Shown one piece after another: positions 8,888 through 18,518 of a DNA stretch of 64,000 nucleotides. Position 1 is the first letter of the stretch; each line of letters starts with the position of its first letter. The stretch comes from Candidatus Thermosaccharophagus tengchongensis (GTDB taxonomy: Bacteria; Armatimonadota; Fervidibacteria; Fervidibacterales; Thermosaccharophagaceae). The translations under genes were made by a program, and so were the position numbers. The notes under the pieces were generated by a model. The model did no database searches, was not told the origin of the DNA, and saw only the letters and a program-made list of their open reading frames with translations. Location: the NCBI GenBank assembly GCA_032161105.1, contig JAVHTD010000012.1. One strand, written 5' to 3'.

Positions 8888-10230
8888 CTCAGATGGAAGC
8901 AGCAAGGAAAGGCATTATCACGGAGCAGATGAAAAAAGTGGCTGAGGATGAATGTGTAGATGTTGAGTGGCTGCGTGAGCAGGTTGCCAATGGCAGGGTG
9001 GTGATACCGTGCAACAAAGTTCACATGCCTGAGCCGATCGGCATAGGCGAGGGCTTGCGCGTGAAGGTGAATGCCAACATTGGGACATCACCGATGCACG
9101 CTGATTTAAATGAGGAACTTGCGAAGCTTGAGATGTGCATTCGCTATGGCGCTGACACAGTTATGGATTTGAGCACTGGCGGGAACTTGAATGAGATACG
9201 GATGGAAATTCTCAAGCGCTGGCGTAAGCCACTTGGCACAGTCCCAATATATCAAGTCGCACAGGAGTTGCTCAACGAGCGCAAGCCGATAAGCGCAATG
9301 GAGAGGGAGCATCTTTTTGAAGTTATTGAACGGCAGGCGAAACAGGGCGTTGACTTCATGACAGTCCACTGCGGTGTCACAAGGCATGCACTTGAGCTGT
9401 TTAAGCGCTCAAGGCGCATCGGTGGAATCGTGAGCAGGGGCGGCAGTTTGCTCGCGATGTGGATGGTGGCTAACAACGCGGAGAATCCGCTGTATGAGCA
9501 CTTTGACAGGCTGCTTGAGATAGCGAGCCGGTATGATGTGACTTTGAGCTTGGGAGATGGGATGCGCCCCGGAGCAATAGCCGATGCCGGTGACTCCGCC
9601 CAATGGTATGAGACATCAGTGCTCGGTGAATTGACGCGGCGCGCGTGGGAGGCAAATGTGCAAGTCATGATTGAGGGTCCGGGGCATGTCCCGATGCACC
9701 ATGTTGAAGCTCATGTGAAGATGATGAAGGCGCTCTGTCACGGCGCGCCAATTTACTTGCTCGGTCCGTTGACATGCGATGTGGCAGCCGGCTATGACCA
9801 CATTGCTGCTGCAATTGGTGGTGCCATTGCAGCGATGGCTGGTGCTGACTTCCTTTGCTATGTCACGCCTGCGGAGCATTTGAGGTTGCCATCACCTGAG
9901 GATGTGCGCATTGGCATAATAGCGAGCCGAATTGCAGCTCACTCCGCTGACATAGCAAGGGGCATTAAAGGGGCGCTCCAATGGGATAAGCAAATGTCAA
10001 GGGCGAGGAAGGAGCTTGATTGGGAGAGGATGTATGAGTTAGCGGTGGATGGCGATAGGGCGAGGGAATACAGAGCCGACATGAGCGATGCCATCAGGGG
10101 CGTATGCAGCATGTGCGGTCAGTTCTGCGCAGTGGCTACCTCTTCAGCGGTTGAGCGCATTTTGATTGAGGGCGCAAAGGGCGATGTGATTTCCGGGCTA
10201 CCAGTGGAATGCCCACTTATACAGCAGTAG
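8884..10230 (+). CDS. thiC: phosphomethylpyrimidine synthase ThiC
   Basis: 448 aa. KVNANIGTS, MDLSTGG, GIVSRGGS, IEGPGHVPM, C-terminal cluster motif CSMCGQFCA. Confidence 0.95.
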   Translation: MTQMEAARKGIITEQMKKVAEDECVDVEWLREQVANGRVVIPCNKVHMPEPIGIGEGLRVKVNANIGTSPMHADLNEELAKLEMCIRYGADTVMDLSTGGNLNEIRMEILKRWRKPLGTVPIYQVAQELLNERKPISAMEREHLFEVIERQAKQGVDFMTVHCGVTRHALELFKRSRRIGGIVSRGGSLLAMWMVANNAENPLYEHFDRLLEIASRYDVTLSLGDGMRPGAIADAGDSAQWYETSVLGELTRRAWEANVQVMIEGPGHVPMHHVEAHVKMMKALCHGAPIYLLGPLTCDVAAGYDHIAAAIGGAIAAMAGADFLCYVTPAEHLRLPSPEDVRIGIIASRIAAHSADIARGIKGALQWDKQMSRARKELDWERMYELAVDGDRAREYRADMSDAIRGVCSMCGQFCAVATSSAVERILIEGAKGDVISGLPVECPLIQQ

Positions 10231-10314
10231 CAGATAAGCGGTGCTGCTCAAGCTATCAACTCAAGTTTAACCCAAGTCCTCAGCAACCGAGGGCTGGGCA
10301 GTGGGTGATTTGCG

Positions 10315-11316
10315 TTGAGTGAGCCTATGTTGACCTTGAAAGAGGTTGAACCACTGCTAAGGCGATTCCATGAGGCGAAAATACTCGTTGTGGGCGACTT
10401 GATGCTTGACGAATACATCATCGGTGATGCCGAGCGCTTGTCTCCTGAGGCGCCTGTGCCGGTCCTATTGCGCCGTGAGCGCAAGGTGGGACCCGGCGGG
10501 GCTGGGAATGTAGTTTGCAATCTGCGCTCATTAGGGGCACATGTTTTTGTGTCAGGCGTTGTCGGTGAGGATCTCGCAGGGCAGGAGTTGATTTGCGTCC
10601 TTGAGTCAATTGGTGCGGATACACAAGCCATCGTGGTGGATAGCTCTCGCCCGACAACACTCAAGACGCGCATCATCGCTCACAAACAGCAGCTTGTTCG
10701 GATTGATCATGAGGTCAGAACACCAATAGGTGAATCAACCTGTGACACGCTTGTTGAGCGCATTGCCCCTCTGATTACGAGCGTGGATGCCGTCATAGTC
10801 TCCGATTATGCAAAAGGCGTGGTGACGGAGAGATTGATGAGCGCTCTTAAGGCGATTTCAAGGAGGGATGCAGTTTTGCTGTGTGGCGGTCCAAAGCCAC
10901 GCAACATAGCTTCGTTTGCTGGGTTTGATCTTCTGAGCTTCAACAGGGCTGAGGCAAGGGAGTCAGCCATGCTCAACGGTGAGCCAATTGATGACTATAA
11001 GCGCATTGGGAGTTTGCTTGTGAGCAGGCTCAATGTCAAGTGGCTTGTGATAACGCGTGGCGAGGAGGGCGCAAGCTTATTTGATGACGGTGGGTGGATT
11101 TGCGATATACCTTCACATCGCGTAACGGTCTACGATGTTGCCGGAGCCGGCGATACCTACCTTGCTGCGATAGTGCTGGCTTTGGTTTGCGGCGCCGATT
11201 TTGTGGCGGCAGCGAAATTGGCAAATGCTGCTGCAGCTGCTGCAGTCTGCAAAGTCGGGGTCGCTCCTGTGACGGCGGAGGAGATACGGCGTATTTTGAG
11301 CGGCAGATTAATTTGA
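10315..11316 (+). CDS. PfkB-family sugar kinase resembling D-glycero-beta-D-manno-heptose-7-phosphate kinase (HldE domain I / HldA type)
   Basis: [29 protein letters not shown] is the hallmark RfaE/HldE kinase-domain N-terminus. C-terminal [12 protein letters not shown] is a ribokinase-family motif. No adenylyltransferase domain. Confidence 0.75.
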   Translation: MSEPMLTLKEVEPLLRRFHEAKILVVGDLMLDEYIIGDAERLSPEAPVPVLLRRERKVGPGGAGNVVCNLRSLGAHVFVSGVVGEDLAGQELICVLESIGADTQAIVVDSSRPTTLKTRIIAHKQQLVRIDHEVRTPIGESTCDTLVERIAPLITSVDAVIVSDYAKGVVTERLMSALKAISRRDAVLLCGGPKPRNIASFAGFDLLSFNRAEARESAMLNGEPIDDYKRIGSLLVSRLNVKWLVITRGEEGASLFDDGGWICDIPSHRVTVYDVAGAGDTYLAAIVLALVCGADFVAAAKLANAAAAAAVCKVGVAPVTAEEIRRILSGRLI

Positions 11317-11324
11317 GAGGGCTC

Positions 11325-12167
11325 ATGCAAAGGCGGCATGACGCCACTTCAACCAACGCTTCATCTCCAACCGAGCTGATGCGGATGGGAACGCTCCCTT
11401 GCGCATTGACCATAGCTGGTTCGGATTCAAGCGGCGGCGCAGGTGTGCAGGCTGACTTGAAAACATTCTCGGCGTTGGGTGTCTTTGGGACATGTGCCAT
11501 AACGGCGCTGACGGCACAAAACACGCTCGGCGTAATAGCTATCCACAATGTCCCGCCCGAGTTCGTTGCCGCTCAAATTGAAGCGGTGGTGAGTGACTTA
11601 AAGGTTAACGCAGTTAAAACTGGCATGTTGGCAAATGCGAGCACCGTTGAAGTTGTGTCGGAGAAGGTCAAAGAATACAACCTCCAACCGCTCGTCGTTG
11701 ACCCCGTCATCGTTGCTGGAACTGGTGCAAGGTTGCTAACTGAGGATGGTGTTGAGGTGCTGAAGCGCAAGCTGCTGCCGCTGGCTACCATAGTCACGCC
11801 GAACGCCCGTGAAGCGGAGGCGTTAACTGGCATCGCAGTGACATCACTTCAAAGCGCAAAGGATGCCGCAATGGCATTGCGCGAACTCGGCGCATCAATA
11901 TCTGTGATCAAGGGCGGGCACTTGGGATTGAGCGAAGCTGTTGACCTGGTTTACGATGGCGCTACTTTCATTGAGCTTCGTTCAGAGCGCGCCTTTAAGG
12001 GCAGGCTGCATGGCGCTGGATGCGTCTTTTCGGCAGCGATAACTGCTTACCTTGCCGCTGGCGCTCCACCGCTTCAGGCAATCGCAAACGCCAAGCAGTT
12101 CATACAGCGCTCAATTGAAAGAGCCATCCCTATCGGGGCTGGCGCCGTGCCCGTCAACCCAATGTGA
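11325..12167 (+). CDS. thiD: hydroxymethylpyrimidine/phosphomethylpyrimidine kinase ThiD
   Basis: [27 protein letters not shown] and KTGML motifs. The ORF opens at 11094 but overlaps the upstream gene; the ATG at 11325 gives a typical ThiD length. Confidence 0.9.
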   Translation: MQRRHDATSTNASSPTELMRMGTLPCALTIAGSDSSGGAGVQADLKTFSALGVFGTCAITALTAQNTLGVIAIHNVPPEFVAAQIEAVVSDLKVNAVKTGMLANASTVEVVSEKVKEYNLQPLVVDPVIVAGTGARLLTEDGVEVLKRKLLPLATIVTPNAREAEALTGIAVTSLQSAKDAAMALRELGASISVIKGGHLGLSEAVDLVYDGATFIELRSERAFKGRLHGAGCVFSAAITAYLAAGAPPLQAIANAKQFIQRSIERAIPIGAGAVPVNPM

Positions 12168-12190
12168 CTTTGCAAGCTCAGCAATGGCGC

Positions 12191-12466
12191 TTACTTCGGC
12201 TTGCCATACTTTGATTCAAACTCCTCGTCGGAGAGTTCAAAGAAGTCTCGGTTCATTTGGATGTAGTGCCTCATGTCATCTGGCACATCATCCTCATGTT
12301 GCGGCACTCGTGGGTCTTGTGGGCAAACTTCATTGCATGTGCCGCACTCCGTGCATTCATCCGGATTGATGTAAACCATATCGGTTCCTTCATGGATGCA
12401 GTTTACAGGGCACTCCTCAACGCATGTCAAGCATTTTGTGCAGCCATCAGTTATGACATAAGGCAT
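12191..12466 (-). CDS. 4Fe-4S ferredoxin with acidic C-terminal extension
   Basis: MPYVITDGCTKCLTCVEECPVNCI and CTECGTCNEVCP cluster motifs. 91 aa. Confidence 0.85.
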   Translation of the reverse strand: MPYVITDGCTKCLTCVEECPVNCIHEGTDMVYINPDECTECGTCNEVCPQDPRVPQHEDDVPDDMRHYIQMNRDFFELSDEEFESKYGKPK

Positions 12467-12645
12467 CCTAATCTCCCCCCTCCTGCTATTTGCAACCTCT
12501 CCTATGCAGGTATAACCTCACGCAAGTATAGCGCACTTCTGCGGTGGGCAAATGATGTATGCAAGGCAGTAGCCTGCCCGTGTGTTGTGCTCCATTTTCT
12601 CAATTGTTTTTTCAGGCTATAATTCGTGCAGCAGATGTGTAGGGA

Positions 12646-13689
12646 GTGCATTACAGCATGCGCGAGGAGGAGCAGTCAGCAATGTATCGCAGCGCATCGT
12701 CATACCCGCGTGGAAGGCGCAAGCGCCCATCAAAGTTTGTGTGTGCATTGGTTGCAGCAGTCATTGCGTCAGCGATTCTTGCGCTTGCGATTATCAACTA
12801 TCGCAAGGCAGCACTTTTGAGTCATCGGGTGGGGGTTCAGCAGGAAAGCATCCCAACGCCGATTGCTCCCACAAAGCCAAGCATCCCAAAAAAGGTGTCA
12901 TTGCCGAGTGACTACGCCATCCCTATCCTTTGCTACCACGATTTTCGTGATAGCGGAAAGCACAGGTGGTGGGCAACCCCGCCAAAACGATTTGAGGCAC
13001 AGCTGCAAATGTTGAATGCGCTCGGATTCACATTCCTGACTATGAGCGAAGCTGTAGACCTTATCCAAGGTCGTTGGAATAAACCAATCCCAAAGCGCCC
13101 AGTTGTCATAACGATAGACGATGGGTTTCGCTCGGCATACAAGGTTGCATATCCACTGCTCTCAAAGTATGGTGCGAAGGCGACGCTTTTCGTTTACACA
13201 AATGCCATTGGCAGTTTTGGTCTTTCATGGGAGCAGTTGCGCGAGATGACCCAATCGGGTAGAATTGAAGTCGCATCGCACACTGTCACACACCCACATC
13301 CAGATCACCTCAAGCGGCTCAAGAAACAATACGGTGTGAATGGTTATCGTGAGCGCTTGGTATACGAGTTCGCCACCTCAAAGCGCTTGCTTGAGCAAAA
13401 CCTTGGCGTGAGAGTGAATGGGCTTGCCTACACAGGTGGCGTAGTTGATGCTGTTGCAATGGAAATAGCTCGTGCTGTTGGGTATAAATGGGCGGTTAAA
13501 ATTGATCCACAGCCATTTAAGCCCACGACGGATGTATACTGCATACCACGCTATGCTGTGAACAATGGCACAACAGTTATGGCGCTCAGGGCTTGGCTTA
13601 TGGGTGGAGGTTTGCACAAGCAATTTGGCAAGTTAAATCGGAGGGGAGTTGCAAGCCAACGGAGGATGTTGAAGATGAGAGGTGGGTGA
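12646..13689 (+). CDS. polysaccharide deacetylase (NodB-homology) family protein, membrane anchored
   Basis: VVITIDDGFRSAY (NodB motif 1), ASHTVTHPH (motif 2), N-terminal hydrophobic anchor FVCALVAAVIASAILALAII. An alternative ATG start is at 12658. Confidence 0.8.
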   Translation: MHYSMREEEQSAMYRSASSYPRGRRKRPSKFVCALVAAVIASAILALAIINYRKAALLSHRVGVQQESIPTPIAPTKPSIPKKVSLPSDYAIPILCYHDFRDSGKHRWWATPPKRFEAQLQMLNALGFTFLTMSEAVDLIQGRWNKPIPKRPVVITIDDGFRSAYKVAYPLLSKYGAKATLFVYTNAIGSFGLSWEQLREMTQSGRIEVASHTVTHPHPDHLKRLKKQYGVNGYRERLVYEFATSKRLLEQNLGVRVNGLAYTGGVVDAVAMEIARAVGYKWAVKIDPQPFKPTTDVYCIPRYAVNNGTTVMALRAWLMGGGLHKQFGKLNRRGVASQRRMLKMRGG

Positions 13690-13727
13690 GGGAAAAGTTG
13701 CAATTGCACCATTAGCGGGGTTGAAAA

Positions 13728-15755
13728 TTAGTGGGATTGAAAGTGGGTCGGTTTGGATGGACATTTGCCCAACTTGCACCATATGAGCTTTTCATCAACT
13801 TGCCAATGGGTGTCAAAGAAGCCGGCGCACAAAATCTCGTTTGCGCCATCTGTCTCTTGCTCCTCGGTGAAGATGGCGAAATCCGGCAGGGTGTCAAACT
13901 TGTGATTTATTGGTAGCCCTTTCCCCCACAACACACCGTCGTAGATGAGAATGTATCGCCTTTGATTTAGCGGGTTGGGATATGCGAGGACAAGTCCCAG
14001 TCTCTTACCGATCGTTTTTGTTGTGAGTTCGTGAGCGCCTATGTGATAGCCATTCTCAAGGAAGCGCACCGGCAACTTGTCGGCAACGAGTTTGACGACG
14101 CGGTTTTCGTCCGGTCCGCCAACGGCGATAATGTTGTATTGCTCAATGTGTTTCTCTGTGACCTCGGTATCTTTGAGCACGGTTGCAACACCATCAGAGA
14201 ACTCAATCCACTCGTCCGAAAGCTGCTTTGCCATCTCTTTGCTGTTGGCTATATCACCAAGCAAGGTGCCATACGCTATGATGAACCTGTGCATGTATGA
14301 ATGCCAGACAGGTCCGCACAGGCTGTTGACCTTCGCCAATCCATCCCTGCATTTGTGAAGCCTGATGGATAGCTTCATCGGCTTTGTCAACTCACCCCGC
14401 GTGAGGGAATCTCCGTTCAAGACGAGATTGAATTTCTTCGCCGGCGAAATGAGTTGCGGATGAAGTTCAAGTGACAGCGCTGCGACATTCCTCGTGTTCA
14501 CATATATCGTCCCGTTTGGGAGCGCTGAAACGCGCACGGTGGCGCGCTTGCACCACTCCTCAAGCTCATCAATGGTCGCCCAATATGCCCTGTTATACGC
14601 CGTTGTGAAGGTGTGGTAGATGATGCGTTTTGGCATCGCCTGCCTGCGCTTCTCCTTGAACCAGTCAAACACCTTTTCAAAAAGCGAGCTGTCAAAGTAG
14701 ATCCAATGCGATTCGCCGTGAAGTATATTGACCGTTGTCGGGCAGCCAAAGCTTGAAAGGCGTTTAGCCATGAGAATGGCGTTTGCCACCGGGACGAGCA
14801 AGTCATTCTCACCGTGAATGATGAGCATCGGTAGGTTGATGGCATTCTCAGCGAGCATGTATGGGTTCTCAGCCATTAACACAAATGCCCTCGGTGGCGG
14901 GAGCGTTGTCTGGTCAAGCTCTCCCCAAAGGAAGTGGTAGCGCCTTGCAGCCACAACTGCGACAGCGGCAAACAAATGTGGGTTGTGCAATGCGATCGCA
15001 TATGCACCATAGCCGCCCATTGAGACGCCCAAAAGATAAACCCTGTCCTCGTCAACACTGTATTGTGAGAGCACCCTTTTGAGCGCCTCCAGAACATCCT
15101 GTTCGCCGATGTGTATGAAGTCGGTGTTCTTCCTGCCGTGTGGTTGAAGGATGATCAAGTTGCGTTTGTCGGCTATGCGATACACCTCGTCGCTGAGCAA
15201 CCACGGATTGGCTTTGTTTATTGATGGATCGTAGCCGTGAAGGAAAACGACGAGGGCATGCTTTGATGACGGACTGTAACCCTCTGGAACATAAACCCAA
15301 TAGGGTTGCGCGGAACCATCAGACGGAGAAAAGTAAGCCCGCTCAACCAATCCGGTTGTGCCTTTGAGCGCATCCTCATTTCTCAACCAAGCATTCATAG
15401 CCTCTTCGGCTTCTGTGAGTGCCTTCGCCACATCCCTCTCGCTCCACCACCAGCTCCCCCCGCTGAGCATAATCTTTGCCTTGTCAAGTTTTAGGCGAGC
15501 CAGTGCGCCAAGTTCGTAATGCTCTTTGTTTACGAGCTCATTTGCAAGTTGGTTATATCTCGCCTCCAACCTCTCATACAGTTCGTGGAGCGTCTCTCGC
15601 CTTGTTGGTAGCCTCCAAAACTGCGGTGCAGCAAAGATGCAACTTGCAAGCAGCATTAGCTCAGCCATAAGGAGCCATCTTAAAAACTTGCGCTGGCAAC
15701 TGCGCGCTGGCGCCTGTCGCATCCTCAGCATTTGCATCCTCATCCACCCTCTCAC
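13728..15755 (-). CDS. alpha/beta-hydrolase (esterase / S9-like serine hydrolase) with large C-terminal extension
   Basis: VVFLHGYDPS, nucleophile elbow LLGVSMGGYGA, IIHGENDLLVP. N-terminal signal/anchor. The GTG start overlaps the fabG stop. Confidence 0.7.
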   Translation of the reverse strand: MRGWMRMQMLRMRQAPARSCQRKFLRWLLMAELMLLASCIFAAPQFWRLPTRRETLHELYERLEARYNQLANELVNKEHYELGALARLKLDKAKIMLSGGSWWWSERDVAKALTEAEEAMNAWLRNEDALKGTTGLVERAYFSPSDGSAQPYWVYVPEGYSPSSKHALVVFLHGYDPSINKANPWLLSDEVYRIADKRNLIILQPHGRKNTDFIHIGEQDVLEALKRVLSQYSVDEDRVYLLGVSMGGYGAYAIALHNPHLFAAVAVVAARRYHFLWGELDQTTLPPPRAFVLMAENPYMLAENAINLPMLIIHGENDLLVPVANAILMAKRLSSFGCPTTVNILHGESHWIYFDSSLFEKVFDWFKEKRRQAMPKRIIYHTFTTAYNRAYWATIDELEEWCKRATVRVSALPNGTIYVNTRNVAALSLELHPQLISPAKKFNLVLNGDSLTRGELTKPMKLSIRLHKCRDGLAKVNSLCGPVWHSYMHRFIIAYGTLLGDIANSKEMAKQLSDEWIEFSDGVATVLKDTEVTEKHIEQYNIIAVGGPDENRVVKLVADKLPVRFLENGYHIGAHELTTKTIGKRLGLVLAYPNPLNQRRYILIYDGVLWGKGLPINHKFDTLPDFAIFTEEQETDGANEILCAGFFDTHWQVDEKLIWCKLGKCPSKPTHFQSH

Positions 15756-16513
15756 ATGTTCAACCCGCCATCAATTACGAAGACCTGTCCGGTGATGTAA
15801 CCAGCAAGTTCGGTGCAGAGGAAAGCGACAAGGTGGGCAACTTCTTCCGGGCGCGCAAACCGTTGCATCGGGATGAGCTCAAGCATTGCCTTCCTTTTGG
15901 TTTCCGGCAAAGAGGCTATCATGTCGGTTTCAACCACTCCGGGCGCAATCGCATTGACAGTAATTCCTGATCTCGCTACTTCCCTTGCGACAGCTTTCGT
16001 GAAGCCAATTAGGCCGGCTTTCGCCGCGCAGTAGTGGGCTCTCATCACATCACCCATCAATCCCGCGTCTGAGGAGATATTGATGATGCGCCCCCACCTG
16101 TTCCTCGTCATGCTCCTCAGAGCCATCTTAGTGCACAGGAAAGCGCCTTTGAGGGAGGTGTCCACGACCTCGTTCCATTCGGACTCGCTCATCAGCATGA
16201 GGAAGCTCTCCCTCAAGATGCCCGCATTGTTTACGAGTATATCCACCTTGCCCCATCGCTTAAGCACCTGCGAGAACATTTCGCTAACTTGCGATGCATC
16301 ACGCACATCCGCTCGGATGGGAAATGCCTTGCCACCTTGCGATTGAATTGCCTCAACGACCTTCATTGCGCCTTCTTCATCCTGCCTGTAGTTGACAGCT
16401 ACAAGTGCTCCATCGCTTGCAAGGCGAATAGCAATTGCAGCACCAATGCCCCTTGAAGCACCAGTGACTAAGGCAACTCTTTCAGACAGCTCCTTACCCA
16501 TCCCGACCACCAT
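15752..16513 (-). CDS. fabG: 3-oxoacyl-[ACP] reductase-type short-chain dehydrogenase
   Basis: VTGASRGIGAAIA cofactor motif, NNAG, catalytic YCAAKAG. 253 aa. Sits next to acpS. Confidence 0.85.
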   Translation of the reverse strand: MVVGMGKELSERVALVTGASRGIGAAIAIRLASDGALVAVNYRQDEEGAMKVVEAIQSQGGKAFPIRADVRDASQVSEMFSQVLKRWGKVDILVNNAGILRESFLMLMSESEWNEVVDTSLKGAFLCTKMALRSMTRNRWGRIINISSDAGLMGDVMRAHYCAAKAGLIGFTKAVAREVARSGITVNAIAPGVVETDMIASLPETKRKAMLELIPMQRFARPEEVAHLVAFLCTELAGYITGQVFVIDGGLNM

Positions 16514-16552
16514 CCAATAGCGAAGCCGAATTGGGTGATTAAGTGCGTGTCG

Positions 16553-16942
16553 CTACCCCTCAAGCACAGCCACTGCGATTGCCAATGTGTGCGTGTGCGT
16601 TAGCGAGAGCCAAATCCGCTTTACGCCCATGCTTGAAGCCATTCTTTCAGCAGCCCCGCTAAGGTAAACTTTTGGAGCACCATTTGCATCCCTTATGACG
16701 GCTATCTCACGCAAGCTTATGCCCGCCAAACCAGTCCCGAGCGCCTTGGCGACTGCCTCCCTTGCGGCATAGCGAGCTGCGAAGTGCTTTGCCGGTTCAG
16801 CCTGCGACATGCAATATGCTGCTTCTTCAGGTTGGAAAACTTTGCTGATGAAACGGTTGCCGTAGCGCTCAAGCATCGCCCTTATGCGTTCCACCTCAAC
16901 CGCATCAATTCCTATGCCGATGATGGGCATCCTTAGCTTCAC
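16553..16942 (-). CDS. acpS: holo-[acyl-carrier-protein] synthase
   Basis: 129 aa. IGIGIDAVEVERI N-terminus and overall AcpS pattern (FAARYAAREAVAKALG). Confidence 0.85.
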   Translation of the reverse strand: MKLRMPIIGIGIDAVEVERIRAMLERYGNRFISKVFQPEEAAYCMSQAEPAKHFAARYAAREAVAKALGTGLAGISLREIAVIRDANGAPKVYLSGAAERMASSMGVKRIWLSLTHTHTLAIAVAVLEG

Positions 16943-17029
16943 CCCCGTTATGCGCCCAAGCGGTGTTTGCCCAGCTCATGCGGCTCACGATAGATTTGGC
17001 TCTGCATCGGGGGAGCGTGTCCAAGGGGT

Positions 17030-18358
17030 TTAAATCTCGGTCAGTGTTTGCACCACCTTTTCTGCGCTTTGCGCATCAAGCGTGCTGACGATGCTGACTG
17101 CCAACTTGCCATGCCCAAATAGCTTGAAAGCCGTCTCCATCACATCCTCAATGGTTATGCTGTTCAGGCTTGCGAGAACCTCTTCATTTGGGATGAGCTT
17201 GTCAAAGTATACAAGTTGCCTGCCCATTTGGAGCATCTGCCCCATCACGCTCTCAAGCGACATGATCATTGATGAACGCAGCTGCATCTTAGCCCTTTCA
17301 AGTTCGCTCTGCTTCACCCCACCTCGCAATAGCTTTTGGAGTTCACGCTTGAGCATGACCGCCACTTTCCCAACATTCTCAGGCAGGCAGCTGAAGGAGA
17401 TTGCAAGGAAACCGGCATCCCTCATCCCGACACTCATGCTGCCGATGGAATATGCCAAGCCCAGCCTCTCACGAATTGTTTGAAAGAGCCTTGAGCTTGC
17501 ATTTCCACCGAGTATGAGGTCAAGCAGTATCATGCAAAGGAACTGTTTCCTTTGGCGCTGCGAGAAGCCATGAGAGCCGATGCACACATGTGCTTGTGCC
17601 GCTTTCTTTTCAACGACTTTGGGATGCGGCTTCGGAATCGGTGGTGTAATCCTTAGGGTTTGTGCTTTGCCATTGAACGACCCAAACGCCTCCTGCAGTT
17701 CCTCAACGAAGCGCTCGTGTTCCAGACATCCGGAGGCGGTGACGACGGCATTATCGGGCGTGTAAAAGCGCTTGAGAAATGATTTGACGGACTTCGCTGT
17801 GAAAGATTTGACAGTCTCTGGCTTGCCAAGGACCGGTCTTGCAAGCGGGTGTGCGTCCCAAAGCGCCTCCAAGAGCAACTCTTGGACGAGTTCCTCAGGA
17901 TCATCATTCACCTCCGTGATCTCTGAGAGGACGACATCCTGCTCAATCTTTATGTCCCTTGCGCATATTGCGGGCTCGGTCACAAGCTCGGCCATCAACT
18001 TAAGCATCTTGCTCACGCCTTCCGGGAGGACACGGGCATAGTAGCATGTAAGCTCCCTCTCTGTGAATGCCTCAAGATACGCGCCGAGCTCGTCCACAAC
18101 CTGCGCTATCTTTTTCCCGGTGTGCCTCTTGGTGCCCTTGAACAACAGGTGCTCAACGAAATGCGCCATGCCAAGTTCATTCTCACCATCGTGTGCTGAA
18201 CCGACCTTGAACCACACCCCGATGCAAACGCTTTTCGCCCATGGCAATTTCATCGTCGTCACTCTCATCCCGTTGCTGAGCCATGACGAGTTTACTTCGG
18301 CTCGCATGTTCTGAGCATTCACCCCTCGCACTGCACTTAAAGCATTTCCGAGCCGCAC
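17030..18358 (-). CDS. M16-family (pitrilysin/insulinase-type) zinc peptidase
   Basis: Inverted zinc motif HFVEHLLFKGT. About 440 aa, typical M16B size. The start could be the internal ATG at 18307. Confidence 0.85.
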   Translation of the reverse strand: MRLGNALSAVRGVNAQNMRAEVNSSWLSNGMRVTTMKLPWAKSVCIGVWFKVGSAHDGENELGMAHFVEHLLFKGTKRHTGKKIAQVVDELGAYLEAFTERELTCYYARVLPEGVSKMLKLMAELVTEPAICARDIKIEQDVVLSEITEVNDDPEELVQELLLEALWDAHPLARPVLGKPETVKSFTAKSVKSFLKRFYTPDNAVVTASGCLEHERFVEELQEAFGSFNGKAQTLRITPPIPKPHPKVVEKKAAQAHVCIGSHGFSQRQRKQFLCMILLDLILGGNASSRLFQTIRERLGLAYSIGSMSVGMRDAGFLAISFSCLPENVGKVAVMLKRELQKLLRGGVKQSELERAKMQLRSSMIMSLESVMGQMLQMGRQLVYFDKLIPNEEVLASLNSITIEDVMETAFKLFGHGKLAVSIVSTLDAQSAEKVVQTLTEI

Positions 18359-18518
18359 ATCGCAAAGGTTATTATATCAGCTAACGCCAATTGCAATACT
18401 GCAACCGTGTGCCACAAGGCGCGCGTTAAAATGCGGATGCAAAGGGACATCCCTCATTAGGCATGTCCAAGTCAGCCCTTCAATTCGCGATTCAATTGGC
18501 TTAAGGGGTGCATGAGCG

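Noticed and set aside
10248-10676. 142-aa minus-strand ORF
   Set aside because: It is antisense to the HldE-like kinase gene and is Ser/Arg/Pro-rich. It is a shadow ORF.
12595-12623. Perfect TATAAT (12618-12623) upstream of the deacetylase gene as a promoter
   Set aside because: The best -35 candidate at 17-nt spacing (TTTTCT) is weak. It is plausible but not strong enough to list as a feature.
13699-13708. Perfect 10-bp palindrome TGCAATTGCA between the convergent deacetylase and hydrolase genes
   Set aside because: It is too short and AT-rich to support a terminator or operator call.
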